The position numbers and the translations under genes are program-made. DNA of 62,399 nt, the filler included, from Rhabdomonas costata (lineage: Eukaryota), in NCBI GenBank assembly GCA_019059605.1. It is 31 parts of 31 records of this genome, joined end to end, with 100 filler letters (N's around TTAATTAATTAA, not from the genome) between each part and the next. Parts side by side here need not be neighbours in the genome. Positions count along the whole stretch, not along the records: positions 12,102 to 14,018 come from JAHMHO010007402.1; positions 14,119 to 16,035 come from JAHMHO010007403.1; positions 16,136 to 18,052 come from JAHMHO010007404.1; positions 18,153 to 20,067 come from JAHMHO010007405.1; positions 20,168 to 22,083 come from JAHMHO010007406.1; positions 22,184 to 24,099 come from JAHMHO010007407.1; 25 more parts are not named here. One strand, given 5' to 3'. The notes under the pieces are model-generated. The model did not search any database and was not told where the DNA came from. It saw only the letters and a list, made by a program, of their open reading frames with translations. Below are positions 12,197 through 23,990 of the stretch, piece after piece (the first letter of the stretch is position 1; every line of letters begins with the position of its first letter).

Positions 12197-13149
12197 GCCA
12201 TCGCTGCTGTGTACCCTTCACATTGCACTAAGGACCTGACCGAGGACACAGAGCGTGACAGACCCCACTCCGAGCGGTGCATCCGAAGTGATGAGAATGT
12301 TTTCTTGCGCAGAAGCCGCCCCCAGCCTCGCACCTACACAAAAGCACAAATACTCCCATCCCATATTGATCAACTAGCAGCTACTGGCAGTTACTTGCGT
12401 ATCGGGCACGGTCACCTTCACCACGCTCGTTTCATCCTGCGCCCTAATCCATCTCTTACTCGTAAACCTGTCGCTTCGCTCCCCGGCGTTTGGATTCTGC
12501 TAGAGGGGGGGAGGGGCACATGACAAATGGGTCGCACCACAGGAACCACAAACAGCGGCAGCAGCTGGATCTTCTTCCCACTGTTGTAGTGCTCGGGCGT
12601 TGGGGCGACAAAGGTAATCGCGAAGTCGGCCTGGCGGGAGAGCAGCAAAAACGGAGGATCAGCAAGCAGAAGCAGAGAGGCGTGGCTGTAGTTTCTTGGG
12701 GATGGCAACTGATGACCACTGGTCGAACGGTTCACTAACTACAGGACAAGTTCTGGAGGCTCGAACGTTAATATACGAAGTTCCATTCATTTTTTCATGC
12801 CCCCCCCCCCTCCGTCACAAAAAACACCCAACAAATCAGCGGAGTCAAAGCGCCTATATTTCGGCAGCAGTTGATAAACTAGAACTGGAACCCCACAAAT
12901 CTGCACTGCTGATGGAGGGGAGTCAGGAATTCAGAAGCAGATGGGTGAACTGGCAGCACAGGAGCAGAGAAAAAGCGACACAAAGCAGCAGGGAAAAATG
13001 ATATTCATTAAATTTGCACTCTTAGAAGTAGCACAAGCATCTTACATTTGTATTGAGAAGGAGGATTATTAAAGTCAGCTAACAAAGCCAGACCAGCCGC
13101 GGGATGCCCCGACAGTGGTAGAGAGTCCCAAAAACAAACAGACACATAC

Positions 13150-13389
13150 GGTGCCCTGCAGCAGATTGGTGATCCCCGCGAAACCCGTGATGGTGGTGTA
13201 TGCCACCGCAGAGGTGTTGGGGTGGCCCGCCGCGAACATTGGGGTAAGAGCGGTCATCAGCGGAACGGCGAACGCGCTCTGGCTGCACCGCACTGGCGGC
13301 GGCGAGCTCTGGCTCCCCACGGCCCACGAAAGGGGTACCAGCCCCAGCAGCAGAAGCAGAAGTTGTTGCAAAACAGGGGGCGCAGTCAT
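13150..13389 (-). CDS. First exon of a secreted/membrane protein with a PstS-like periplasmic-binding-protein domain (possible receptor cyclase)
   Basis: Signal peptide (LLLLLLGLVPLSWA), then PLM...F...HP...V.Y...G..GI..L..GT resembling the PBP/PstS N-terminus. A polypyrimidine tract + TAG acceptor lies just upstream of the ATG. GTATGT donor. Confidence 0.55.
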
Positions 13390-13860
13390 CCCAAGGGACT
13401 CAGTTCAGCCGAACGCTAGGAAGAGAAGCGCAGCGACCGGTAAAAGGGAAAAAAAACACCGGAGTGAAGCAAAAACGTAAGACGACAAAAAAAAAGAGTC
13501 TGCTGGCTGTATACGAGGATAAAGAAGTCCCGGATCCCGGAGGGTATCATCAACGCACACAAGCTTAGAGGCACATATCCGGACGGGGATAACCCCTGAG
13601 GGCTTGTGTTGCCAAGGAAGATGTAAAGAGAGAGAGAGACCGTGTATGTGTGTGTGGCTGGAACAAGACAAACGCCATATTCGCAAAGTAAATCTCCTCG
13701 AAAGTTCCCAGGAAAAACGCAGCAACCAGAGCAAAGATCAGACAGGACAGAAGTAAAGACGACACACTGGTCCACACCAGTGCCGGTAGAGAACCGGGAA
13801 GCGAGGGGACGGAGAGCCGGAGAGAACCTAGGAGCATGCAACTGACAGCAGATGCTGGCA

Positions 13861-14010
13861 GGTCCTGAGCTTAGTCAACGGGCCCTTGCCCTCCTGTCGC
13901 TGACGCCCTCGGATGCTTCGATTGAGAGAGCTTTCTCCTCGCTGTGGGGAATTCAACGAAAACTGCGAACCAATCTGAGCGCGAAGAGCCTCAAGGTCCT
14001 GACGTTCCCA
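13861..14010 (+). mobile_element. hAT transposase C-terminal dimerization domain remnant
   Basis: ELSQRALALLSLTPSDASIERAFSSL..IQRKLRTNLS..SL..L fits the hAT dimerization signature (L.S.P.S.A..ER.FS...R..L). Confidence 0.75.
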
Positions 14011-14182
14011 CCCCACAANNNNNNNNNNNNNNNNNNNNNNNNNNNNNNNNNNNNNNNNNNNNTTAATTAATTAANNNNNNNNNNNNNNNNNNNNNNNNNN
14101 NNNNNNNNNNNNNNNNNNTTGTTTTGGGGGAGCCAGTGCCGACGCTGGAGGTATTGGAACGCGAGAGCTTCTTTCACTGCAG

Positions 14183-14500
14183 GAGTATCAGCTAGACGTC
14201 GTGCGGCGCCAGTGGTGTGCTCAGACCCTATTTCACAACCAGACCCACGTTGTTCAGCAGCTTTCGCACTTGGCTGAAGAAGAGAAAGAACTTTTGCACG
14301 AAGACCGCCAGCTTCAGAGGTTTGAAGCACATTTACGTACCGCCCATGCTGAAAAGGTGCCCGTTGGACTTGGTGAACTGCTTGAAGAGGCGAAGGCAGT
14401 GCGAGAGAATCTCTTTCGGGGGCTTCAGTTTTGCCTGCGCGATCTTCAGTGTAAGCTGCAGAACAATGAAGATCTCCAAAAGAGTGTTTTTGAGGGGCAG
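14183..14500 (+). CDS. Exon of an uncharacterized coiled-coil protein
   Basis: Open E/Q/L-rich frame bounded by CTGCAG| and |GTTGAG. Confidence 0.45.
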
Positions 14501-17500
14501 GTTGAGGTGGCGGAGTTTCTGCGGAAGAAGCCTTCTCATTTGTTGACGAGGTTCCTCACACGGAGAGACTGCCGTTCTCGACCGGGAGGTCAGTCTTCCT
14601 TATGCAAAATCGCCCTTCCTTTCGGCGCCCTTGTTGGGTCTGGTTAACGAAAAATGTACGCCGTCAGTATATAGTTGCTGAAAAGTTAAAAAAAACGCAC
14701 CTGCTGTTTTTCATTTACGGCATGCTCGGCTGCAAGTCTCAGTTACAGCGTCTCAGCTATCCCATATTAATGTGGTTGCATCGCAACTCATTAGAAAAAG
14801 GTCAATCTTGTCCTTTATGGCTTATGCTAAGGTGATTCTGTGCAGGTCCCTTGCCCTTGAGTGCTAGAGTTGAGTTGTTAGAGCATGTTTGTGCTGTTTT
14901 GCAGCAACAGGGACTGTGGAGCCCTCTATGGACCTTCGGTCTCGCAAGGATTCCGACGCTCTTTCTGGCAGAGCTGCAGGGACCACTGTTGCCCACCTTG
15001 TTGACGCTGGGCTGCTTCAGATCGGCGAAGTTTTGTGGTTCATGCGTTCCGGAGCGCGGCTGGAGGCTACTGTTAGCCGCTGCAAGCGCCTGACATGGAG
15101 GCTTCTGGGCCACCGCTGCTACGCAACCAAGTTGTCCTCGCACCCTTTCTTTATTCCTTTATTCTTGCAGTTGGCCAGTGTCAATGTGCCAGTGTAGTTT
15201 GGTGCGCCCTTGCTCCCGTTTCTGTGTTATAAGGGTTACTTTTTTCAGGGGGTGGGGTGTTACTTGGTTTTACGTTGAAACTTGGTCAGTTTCAAAAACA
15301 AAATCATCATAACATCATAACGTTACGCATATTATGCATGACACCCCCCCCCCGGCCCCGGAACGATAGGGAAACTTGCATCTTTGCATTTGGGGTGTCG
15401 AGTGTGGTTCCTTTCTCCTGTCACCGCGTGAGCAAGTGTGTGAATTTAGGTAGGGTGGATTCGGAGAAGTGGTGGCTGCACCTTTTTCGATGGTATTCCT
15501 TTCAGTCCGAACGCGATGGTTCGGAGCAAGTTCGGATGGGAAAGAGTCTTCACCAAGGACGGCACTCCGCTTGAAGCCCTTCGGCAGGCTCTCGCTGTTC
15601 AGCAGCCAGAGACTCGATAGCACGCGTTGTGTCGGAACTCATTTCTATGTGTTGCCCGTTCCTCGCTGGCCCTGCTGTGCTTCTCAGCACTGGGGTGAGG
15701 ACTCTGTCACATTATTACTTTTAGCTTGTCTTGGTGCACCTTTGTTCGTTGTTTCGCTCGCCTTCACGGTTGCCATGGTGGTGTAGGTTGCCCGTCTTCT
15801 CAGATCGTATATACTCGGGCATGGCTTCGCAATCACAAGAGCTTTCAAATCCCATGTCAGCCTCCAACCCAACAAAAAGCGCGAAAGTTCTTGGCGTGTT
15901 CAACTCATTTCCTGCTTCGGTTTCATCGCCAGTTGTGGTTTTTGGAATTCCTTTTATCCTCCCTCCTTTCTGGCCTTCTCATTCCAACATCTCTTTTCCT
16001 GATTCGCTGAATCCCCCCTCCCTCCCCCCACCACCNNNNNNNNNNNNNNNNNNNNNNNNNNNNNNNNNNNNNNNNNNNNTTAATTAATTAANNNNNNNNN
16101 NNNNNNNNNNNNNNNNNNNNNNNNNNNNNNNNNNNTTTTTTGGGGTCTTTTGTACATACAAGGTAGGTCTCCTGAAACGGTGCGCGGCCGGTCCTAGGGT
16201 CAGTATTTCTTGACCTTTCACCCTCGGCAGGTTGTGGTGCCCTTGGGCGGCTGTTTGGTATCCCTTTTGTGCCGATTCTTGCCCCATGCAGCGGAGGGTT
16301 TACGACAACACGGTCTGTGTGCTTTGCAACCAAAAAGCAACACAAGGCTGAAAAGCCGATAAAACGGCGCGATTCTTCGAGCCGAACCCAAAGGCACAAA
16401 AGTAATTCCCGGTATGGGGAGGGGATACCTCCGAAAGCAGGCGTAGGCGAACCGCAGCAGCCACCGGCTCTGCCGGCCCGCCATCCCGTCGAAGATCTTC
16501 TCAATGTCACGCTGGCTTTTCCCACTGTGTGAGTATGTGTGTGTTTGCGTTGGGAAATGAAGGCGAGGGAGCAGAAGTCGGCAGAGGGGTGCTATGCAAG
16601 GCTATGCAATGCTGTCCGACAGTATTACTTAACATTATGGAAAGACATGTTATTTTCACGGCAGCGCACACGTTGTTCATGGTCCGGGCCATAGGCAATG
16701 CAATAACTGGCAACAAAGGAAAAGCGTTCGGTGGAGAATGCGTGGAGGTCAAATGATCATAGAGGGAAACTAGAAAGAAAAACGAGGAGAACACGCGCCG
16801 TGGATGTGGTGTGATTCCAAAGCGGGCAAAGGCAACAAATGAACCCGGAAGACAGGGTGAGGAACACGGATATAAGAAGGGTAACAAATGATGGAAGGGG
16901 GAGGCGGTCTTGTGTGCTCAGTGGTGCCCTAATCACAAAAACGACCGGAAGGACGAAGAAAGAGGAGAGGTGCACAGTGGTTTTTCCGGCAGTTGGACAA
17001 GAGAGCGACATAATGGAAAGATGTCATTTCTGATTTTTGCACTCAGTGTGACATGAATGGAGCACCAGCCTGCTATTAGATTATTAGGTAGAGCTCTTTC
17101 AGAAGAGAATCTGCATATTCCTGCTGCAAAAAAAAACAGTAATTCAAGCGCATCTGGCCATTTATCCAGGATGTGGTGAGTTTCTGTCCCAACCACGTAA
17201 AAAAGGCACCCCAATTAGCTGCCCTCCCCTTGGGGGAGTTGAGAATGCCCCGAGGCGGAGCATTCTTCGTTGGTTCCCTATGTGCATATTAAACTAAAAT
17301 GGCAAGTGGGAGCAAATTTGGGCCCAGCAGGCGGCAACAACAAGGACCGACGAGCGGGTGCGGAGAAGGCGTGTGGTCAGGCGGTGATGGTTGGGGAAAG
17401 CGACCCCCACTCGCGCAAAGAGAAAAGCACAGACTTGTCGGCGGCAACTTTTTGCACCATGCGGGAGCCCACGACGGCGTCACGGAGACGAAAGTGAGCG

Positions 17501-20500
17501 TCGTAGGTACGGATTGTGATCGCGGAGGACTGGATTCTGAAAACAGTCACCCAGACAGTGCGCCAAGCCCAGTAAGCATTCAGCTAAAAGCACGACCGTA
17601 GACACAAAGCAAACGAAAGGACATGACCGAGCAAACGGGGTGCCAGTGTCTGTGGGCAGGCAAAATAACAAACATACCCCCCCCAAAAAAAAGCTAAAAA
17701 TGTCATTAGGTCATTCACTCCAGATTCCCTAAAAATATGAGCTCAAGAGAGAGAGCAATCTGTCTGGTCCAGATGCATCATTTCACGCCGCCTTCCGTGC
17801 AGCAGGCGACTAAAATCTCCTTTTCATCAACGAGTCGCAGACTTCGGCGAGTTGGTCGCGGAGAAGGGAGAAAGGCTTTGGAGCGGACGGGAAGGAGTTT
17901 AGCCCCTGCTGCCCCCCCCCGTATGTGCACACAAGTTCGATCAAATGCCAGATGCCCAGTACACATGGCATAGTGTTTGCAGGCCAAGGAAAGGAAGGAC
18001 AAGAGGCAGCCGGAAAAAAGGAAAACATACAAACATCCAAACACCCCAACAANNNNNNNNNNNNNNNNNNNNNNNNNNNNNNNNNNNNNNNNNNNNTTAA
18101 TTAATTAANNNNNNNNNNNNNNNNNNNNNNNNNNNNNNNNNNNNNNNNNNNNGGGTGTGTGGGCATAACCGTGGTTCACGGATCGTTTGTTTGTTCCGTC
18201 CATTTGCCTTAAGCTTCCGTCTTCAAATCCTGGGGGAGGAAAGGGGTTGATGATTTTATGCTGTTCATGAACAATCTGCCCTCTGAGAGTCCTGATTGTG
18301 TTCACTGTCGTCTGTCGTCGTTTCCCACTTGGCCGTACCAAGCGCCAATTCACATGGCCCAACCCCTTGTGAATTGTCAAAAAAAATTGAAAACTCAAAT
18401 TTTTCCGAAAGTTTCTTTTAATGTTCAAAATTTTGAGAAGTAATCGAAGTTTCGAAATTTATTTTTCCCAGATTTTCCGATATTGGAAGGTTTGGGCGAA
18501 ACGGGGCCCCTTGCCCTGTTCATGGGGGAAGAGCCGCCATGGCGACTCTTCCGGAATTTCAAGAACGCACGCACGTTCTGGGACCCACCTACCTAGAGGG
18601 AGCATACACGCCCGGACACCGCATTTAGGGACTGCCCTTGGGGGGCCCTGCTCAGCAATGATGTGGGGTGGGGTGACTGTCCCTGGTACTTTTGTTGCGC
18701 GGATACCCACTTCGGTGGTTTTTCTTTTCCGGAACTTCTGTTCTCTCGCGTTGCACCTACTCTGAGCTGCATAGTGCAAGTGCTGCATTAAATATTGTCG
18801 TTATCCGGGGATGTTTTCAATCCTAACTTCAGTCTGCCTGAGAGAGCCCCGACGCCAGCCTCGTGCCATTAGCTGCACTCGCCGGTGGTCCTTGCAAATG
18901 CCCCCCCCCCCGAAGTGTCCCACCTTTGAAGCCGGTCGTTTTTTTCCTCCCGGAAGCTGAGCTGCGGTGACTCCCGTGCAGTATCATGCAATGTGTCATC
19001 GGTGAAGGAAGTCATTGTACCTGCAATTCGGAACAGAGGAAACTGCAATGCCATTCAAAAGAAAGGTGTGTTGGTGTGTGCTTGACAAGTTTGTCGGTGT
19101 TTCCCGTATATGTATGTGATGATTGGCGACGACAGTGTGGTGGCCTTTGCTAGCGTTCAGGGACCCGACACACTGAGTGATGTGGGGCGACCACAACCAG
19201 CAAAGATTTCAGGATGAAGCCGCACTCGCACCGGCGGCGGTACGGCTCACGTGTAAGCTGAGGAAAGAGTTTTTGCGGTGTATTTTTTTTATACCAAAAA
19301 ACTGTTCATTTTCATTTTCCGCTCTCAATGCTCTCCCTTATTTCCAAGATGTCCATGGCTAGTGCTTCGCATCCGCAGACCGTTCCGTGCGATAAGCCCG
19401 CTCAGGAATGCGAGCCCGCCTGTGGTAGTGCGGGCGCGAGTTCGCCGAGCAGCCAGGGTGAGTTTCTTTTTTTTCTTTTTCTTCTTCTTTTTTTTTTTCG
19501 ATTTTTGATTAGTATTGAGCTTGAGATGTTTGGCGTGTGTGTCCGAGCGCGTTATGCGCTTTGGAATGCCTTAAAACGGGAAGTGTGCGTTTCCCCCAAC
19601 CGCGACAAAGTCCTGTTCTGGAGATTAGGAAATGTGACATCGCCACTTAACCCGAGTGAAGTGCCGAAACACTGCGGGAATGGACGTACGTCAATATGTC
19701 CGCGATAAAAAGCCCGAAAGCCGCAAGCGAATGACCGACAGAAGTGCATCTAGCGCCGAGCGTGGTTCCCGCCGTTTTTATCCAGGCAGCAGTGTTTCGG
19801 CTCTTCTTTATGGTTGCTCTTTTGCAGTTGATAGGCAAACCTTTACTTGGATTAAAACCAACCCTGGGATCAAGAGGAACTGTGTCTGCGGCCACACACT
19901 TGCAAGTGTGCCTGCGGGGTTGGTTTTGCGTTATTGCCTGACTCGTTATGTGCATATTTCAGGTCGTCGCTCTGGGAACCTCCAGGAGGGAAAGAGTGAG
20001 GGAGGGGGGCGACGAATACGTTTAGTGACATTTCTTTCTCATTCCGAGAGCCAAAGGTACGACCAACNNNNNNNNNNNNNNNNNNNNNNNNNNNNNNNNN
20101 NNNNNNNNNNNTTAATTAATTAANNNNNNNNNNNNNNNNNNNNNNNNNNNNNNNNNNNNNNNNNNNNTTTTTTGTGTTTAAAAATTTTCCACTGTTTAAC
20201 GGTGTTAAACGTTTAACGCACCCCCCCCCCAATACAACAGCCCCCAAAAGACCACAGGCGCAACGCACAGATATGCACAAGCGGCACGGCAAGATGCAGC
20301 TACATGGCGGATTCGGCGAGAGGTGGCTTCCTGATGCTTGTCGTGAGAGGATGCGTGGAGGGTGATTGCAACGAAGCCAACCAGCTGAGCCGGCGGTGCT
20401 CCAGGGCCCGAGCGCGACATGCAGCATGTGCTGCACCACACAGAAGAATACAAAAAAAGTGAGACAAAAACGAATGTGCGCCGATGGGAAAAGGTGCCAC

Positions 20501-20595
20501 GGATGACCGCAAACGGGCCCCTCCCAACCAAAGGAGATGTGGGAGGGGGCGTGCATGCGTGATTGCAAGAGTGTGTGAGTCTGCGCAAGGCATGC

Positions 20596-21353
20596 CAACG
20601 CAGCACTCCGCCACGCTGCAGCCTGGGGCGCTGCAAGCGGTGGAGACCCCGTTGGGGGTGAAGCCCGCGGGGCAGCTGACGTTGCTCCCTCCACAGGTCA
20701 TCGGGTTTGGATGCGCTGAAATGAGGAAAAACAAAAATGGGGCATCTCAAAATAGCCACCGAAATCAGTGTATGGAGGGGGGGGGGCACATGTCTTGGGT
20801 GTCATTTGATTCATCGTCAGTACGACATTGCGACCGTCGCAGCAGTTCATTTGAAGAGGGAATAATGGGCTCTGGAGGGCTAGGAGCTTGATTCACAGTG
20901 AATCACCATCACCCCATTTCCAATGGACAGTTATCAGAAGCAGGAACCACCACATGGCATCTGTGAAACGAATTAAAAAGCACAGCGAACGAGGAAAGGG
21001 GAAAGAGAAGACGGCACAATCGAAGGCAGAGAGCACAAGCACAAACAAAAAACTCATACTACGGTACACGGAATTTGAAGCAGACCCCCCGCAGATCTGC
21101 GAGGGGTCCGCGTCGCACGGAACGCTGCAGCTTCTGGACAACCCGTACCTGCCGTACTGAGTCCCACAGAAGCAGGTCCCCCCTTGTTGCAACCCGGCGT
21201 ACGGGTAGCCCTGGACCTGGCAAAGGGCAACGCACTGCGCAGTGGTGGCACCGTACGCCTTGGCCTGGTAGAACAAGTCCCGAGATGCCACCATCGGAAA
21301 CATGTTCAAAATCCAGTACCGGTCGGCGAAGCAGCCCAGGTACTGGTACGGCC
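20596..21353 (-). CDS. WSC (carbohydrate-binding) domain protein with a following Cys-rich module; exons 21353-21060, 20715-~20596
   Basis: YLGCFAD...QCVALC...GYPYAGLQQGGTCFCG...YG....CSVPCDADPSQICGG..SNSVY is a canonical WSC pattern. Splice phases are compatible. Confidence 0.88.
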
Positions 21354-23110
21354 CTGCGTGAATGGGAAAAAGTTGAGCTCAGTGAGCCAAAGCAGGTGAC
21401 GGGTGCACAAAGTGATGAAGGACTCTGATGGGTCAGAGAGTAAGCAGGTGAGGTGACAGGTGGACGCACAAGACGAAACCTTTGCGAAGGCCAAGCGACA
21501 TTGAACTGCGGCCGCGGTGACTTTTAAGCAGGAGGGTCACATCAGTTGACCGTTGACCAGAGACCACCCTCACGTGAATTAGATGTGCCTGTCAATGAAT
21601 TCTTGCGCATCGTATTCTGGTATACATCGACACCGTCGACACTTGCCCGTTGGGGGTTGTAGCATTGAGGAAATCAAAAACGGCAAACATTTACACGATG
21701 AAAAGGCAAAAGCACCAAGTACAGTACTAAATTGAACAAAGTATTCCTCGGGAGGAAGGCAAGGATGGAGAACGGGGTGAAACTAAGGGGGAAACCAGGG
21801 ACAACAGTCAAGTTGCAGATGTAGGACGGAGAGGTGGGTGATGCGAAGATTAGAATCGGAGGACAGAAAATTGGGAGGAAGGAAGGAAGGAGGACGGCAT
21901 AAGCTTGCGGAGAAGGCGCCCGGGCGGAGCGGACAGACATACAAACCAGAACAAAGAAACAGGTGACAGGGTTGCACCGACCTCAAAGTTCAATGTTGGG
22001 GTGCCCAACGTCCAATTCCATTCAATTAATGTCAACGCCAAAAATTCAAGATCCTTCAAAACACCACCAAACACACCCACCACNNNNNNNNNNNNNNNNN
22101 NNNNNNNNNNNNNNNNNNNNNNNNNNNTTAATTAATTAANNNNNNNNNNNNNNNNNNNNNNNNNNNNNNNNNNNNNNNNNNNNTTGTGTGTGAAAATTGG
22201 CTTTACATTGAATTCCCAGATACTCAACGTCCACTTCCACAAAGTATCTAAGGTAATCTGCATCTCCATGCCTTCCATACTTACATACAAATTCTACACA
22301 GGAGTCACGTTGGAGTATCCTCAGGCTTCTCATCTCTTTCTTGTTCCGTACGTGTTGGTGCTTGCTGTTTGCTAATTGCGCGTGGACTACCAAGTGTCGA
22401 ACGGTGTTGCTGTTTGTTCCTTTTCGCTGCTACCACAAGGAGGAAACAACAGGAAACAACAGCTTTACGAAAACACCAGAGTACACCTGGAGGGAACTGA
22501 GGACAATTCATCAGGCTCGGTCTGAAGCTGGTGTCGCATCGCTGGTTCGGCGGACACAGCGAACGCCAGCGCATTCTGCAGAAACTCGTCCGCCTGTGAC
22601 AACCCCAAGCAGGAAAAAAAACGGCTGGCGAGAAAAAATAGCGGAGCATTTTCAAAAGGCAACCATTGAATCCGAACCTGCCTCGGAAATCCGGACGTTT
22701 GCCGTTGTACGCGAGAAGTGTTTGTTTGTCAAAGAGAGCATTGTCTACTGTGTCCGGATTGCACGCTGTCGTCAAGCTTCTTTAAGGTGAAGCTGTAGTC
22801 ATTACACTGTCCCACCTCCAATGAAATGAGTTCTTCTTTGTGTCCTTAAAATTGGAGTGAAATTGGATTGGAGTGACACTTTTTCCATGCCCGCAGCAAT
22901 ACTCACGATTTTCATTCGTCGTGATCTGACTTTGTACCATTTACGCCTCTGAAAATGTTGGTAATCTTAAAAAGTTCCAACCGCATCGTTTCCTCCAGCA
23001 GAAAACGGTGTGGCGTCAGTGGTGATATCAACACGAAAGTAGTTCCTAACTAAGTAAGGAACAAGCGAAAACTCGAGCACTCGACCACTATAGCAAGAAC
23101 ATCAATGCAC

Positions 23111-23990
23111 CTTTTCCTCGGATGCGGGCCACGTCGGCGCGGCAGCATCGTCCTCTCTCGCAAGGGTTTTCCAGGATAGCCCACCGACGTAGGTCCAGTA
23201 AACCTGATCCGGCTCCTTCGGGGTCCCCAGCCGCAGTCCATTGAGCCGGAACCTCGACAGCGGAGGGAACAGCAGTTCGTCCTCCTTGGGATAAAGCGAG
23301 AGCGCCGCCAGGGGAGCCCCGCGGGAGTTCTCGATGTGGAACACCGTGGCTAAGGGGGAGTGCAGGAGCTCATGCCTGACACAGAAGAAAACGGAAAAGC
23401 CGCAACCTCCGGATGCAACGAGTACACCCGCCAATTCAAGAAGCAAGCATATGAGAAGCTGCTGAAACCAGAGAGCGCCCCAGCATCAAAAAAGGCGCAT
23501 GGAGATGACGTGAAATTAACAATCCCAGAGACATGAAGGTGACTCTCTAAAAAGCATGCGAAGAACTGGTTTTCGGAAAAATTCAGTCGGAATGAGCCTA
23601 ACGCCAAGTGGGTCCCCCGTCTGAAAACGAAGCATTCCACAAAACGTCCAGCACTCCCTATGCACAGCTCAGAAGCCGAAACAAAATAAGGAAGCACACC
23701 GGCTTTCGCGGTCGCCTTCGCCGAAAAGAGGCTGCAGCCACATCTCACCATTCTCGCCCTCCACGGCGTACGACGCCCCGGGAAGGACCTGGGACCCAGT
23801 CTGATTCCATCCCTGGAGCATTTTCGCAATCACAGCTTTCGTATCGTCTTCGGAGACCAGCGTCTCCACTCGCGGAAAGCAGCCCCCCTTGCGGTACACC
23901 CACCGAACATTTTGAAACTCTGTGTTGTCCAGGATGTCCTGCACCCGGGAGGAGGCCGTGAACTCGTACACAGGCATCTCCGCTCCCAAC
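23111..23990 (-). CDS. Protein containing an ART/ADP-ribosyltransferase (exotoxin-like) domain; exons include 23990-23749 and 23375-23111
   Basis: TVFHIENSRGAPLAALSLYPKEDELLFPPLSRFRL matches the ART C-terminal S.YP.E.E.L.P...F motif. GT-AG-bounded exons. An intervening exon is not resolved. Confidence 0.7.
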
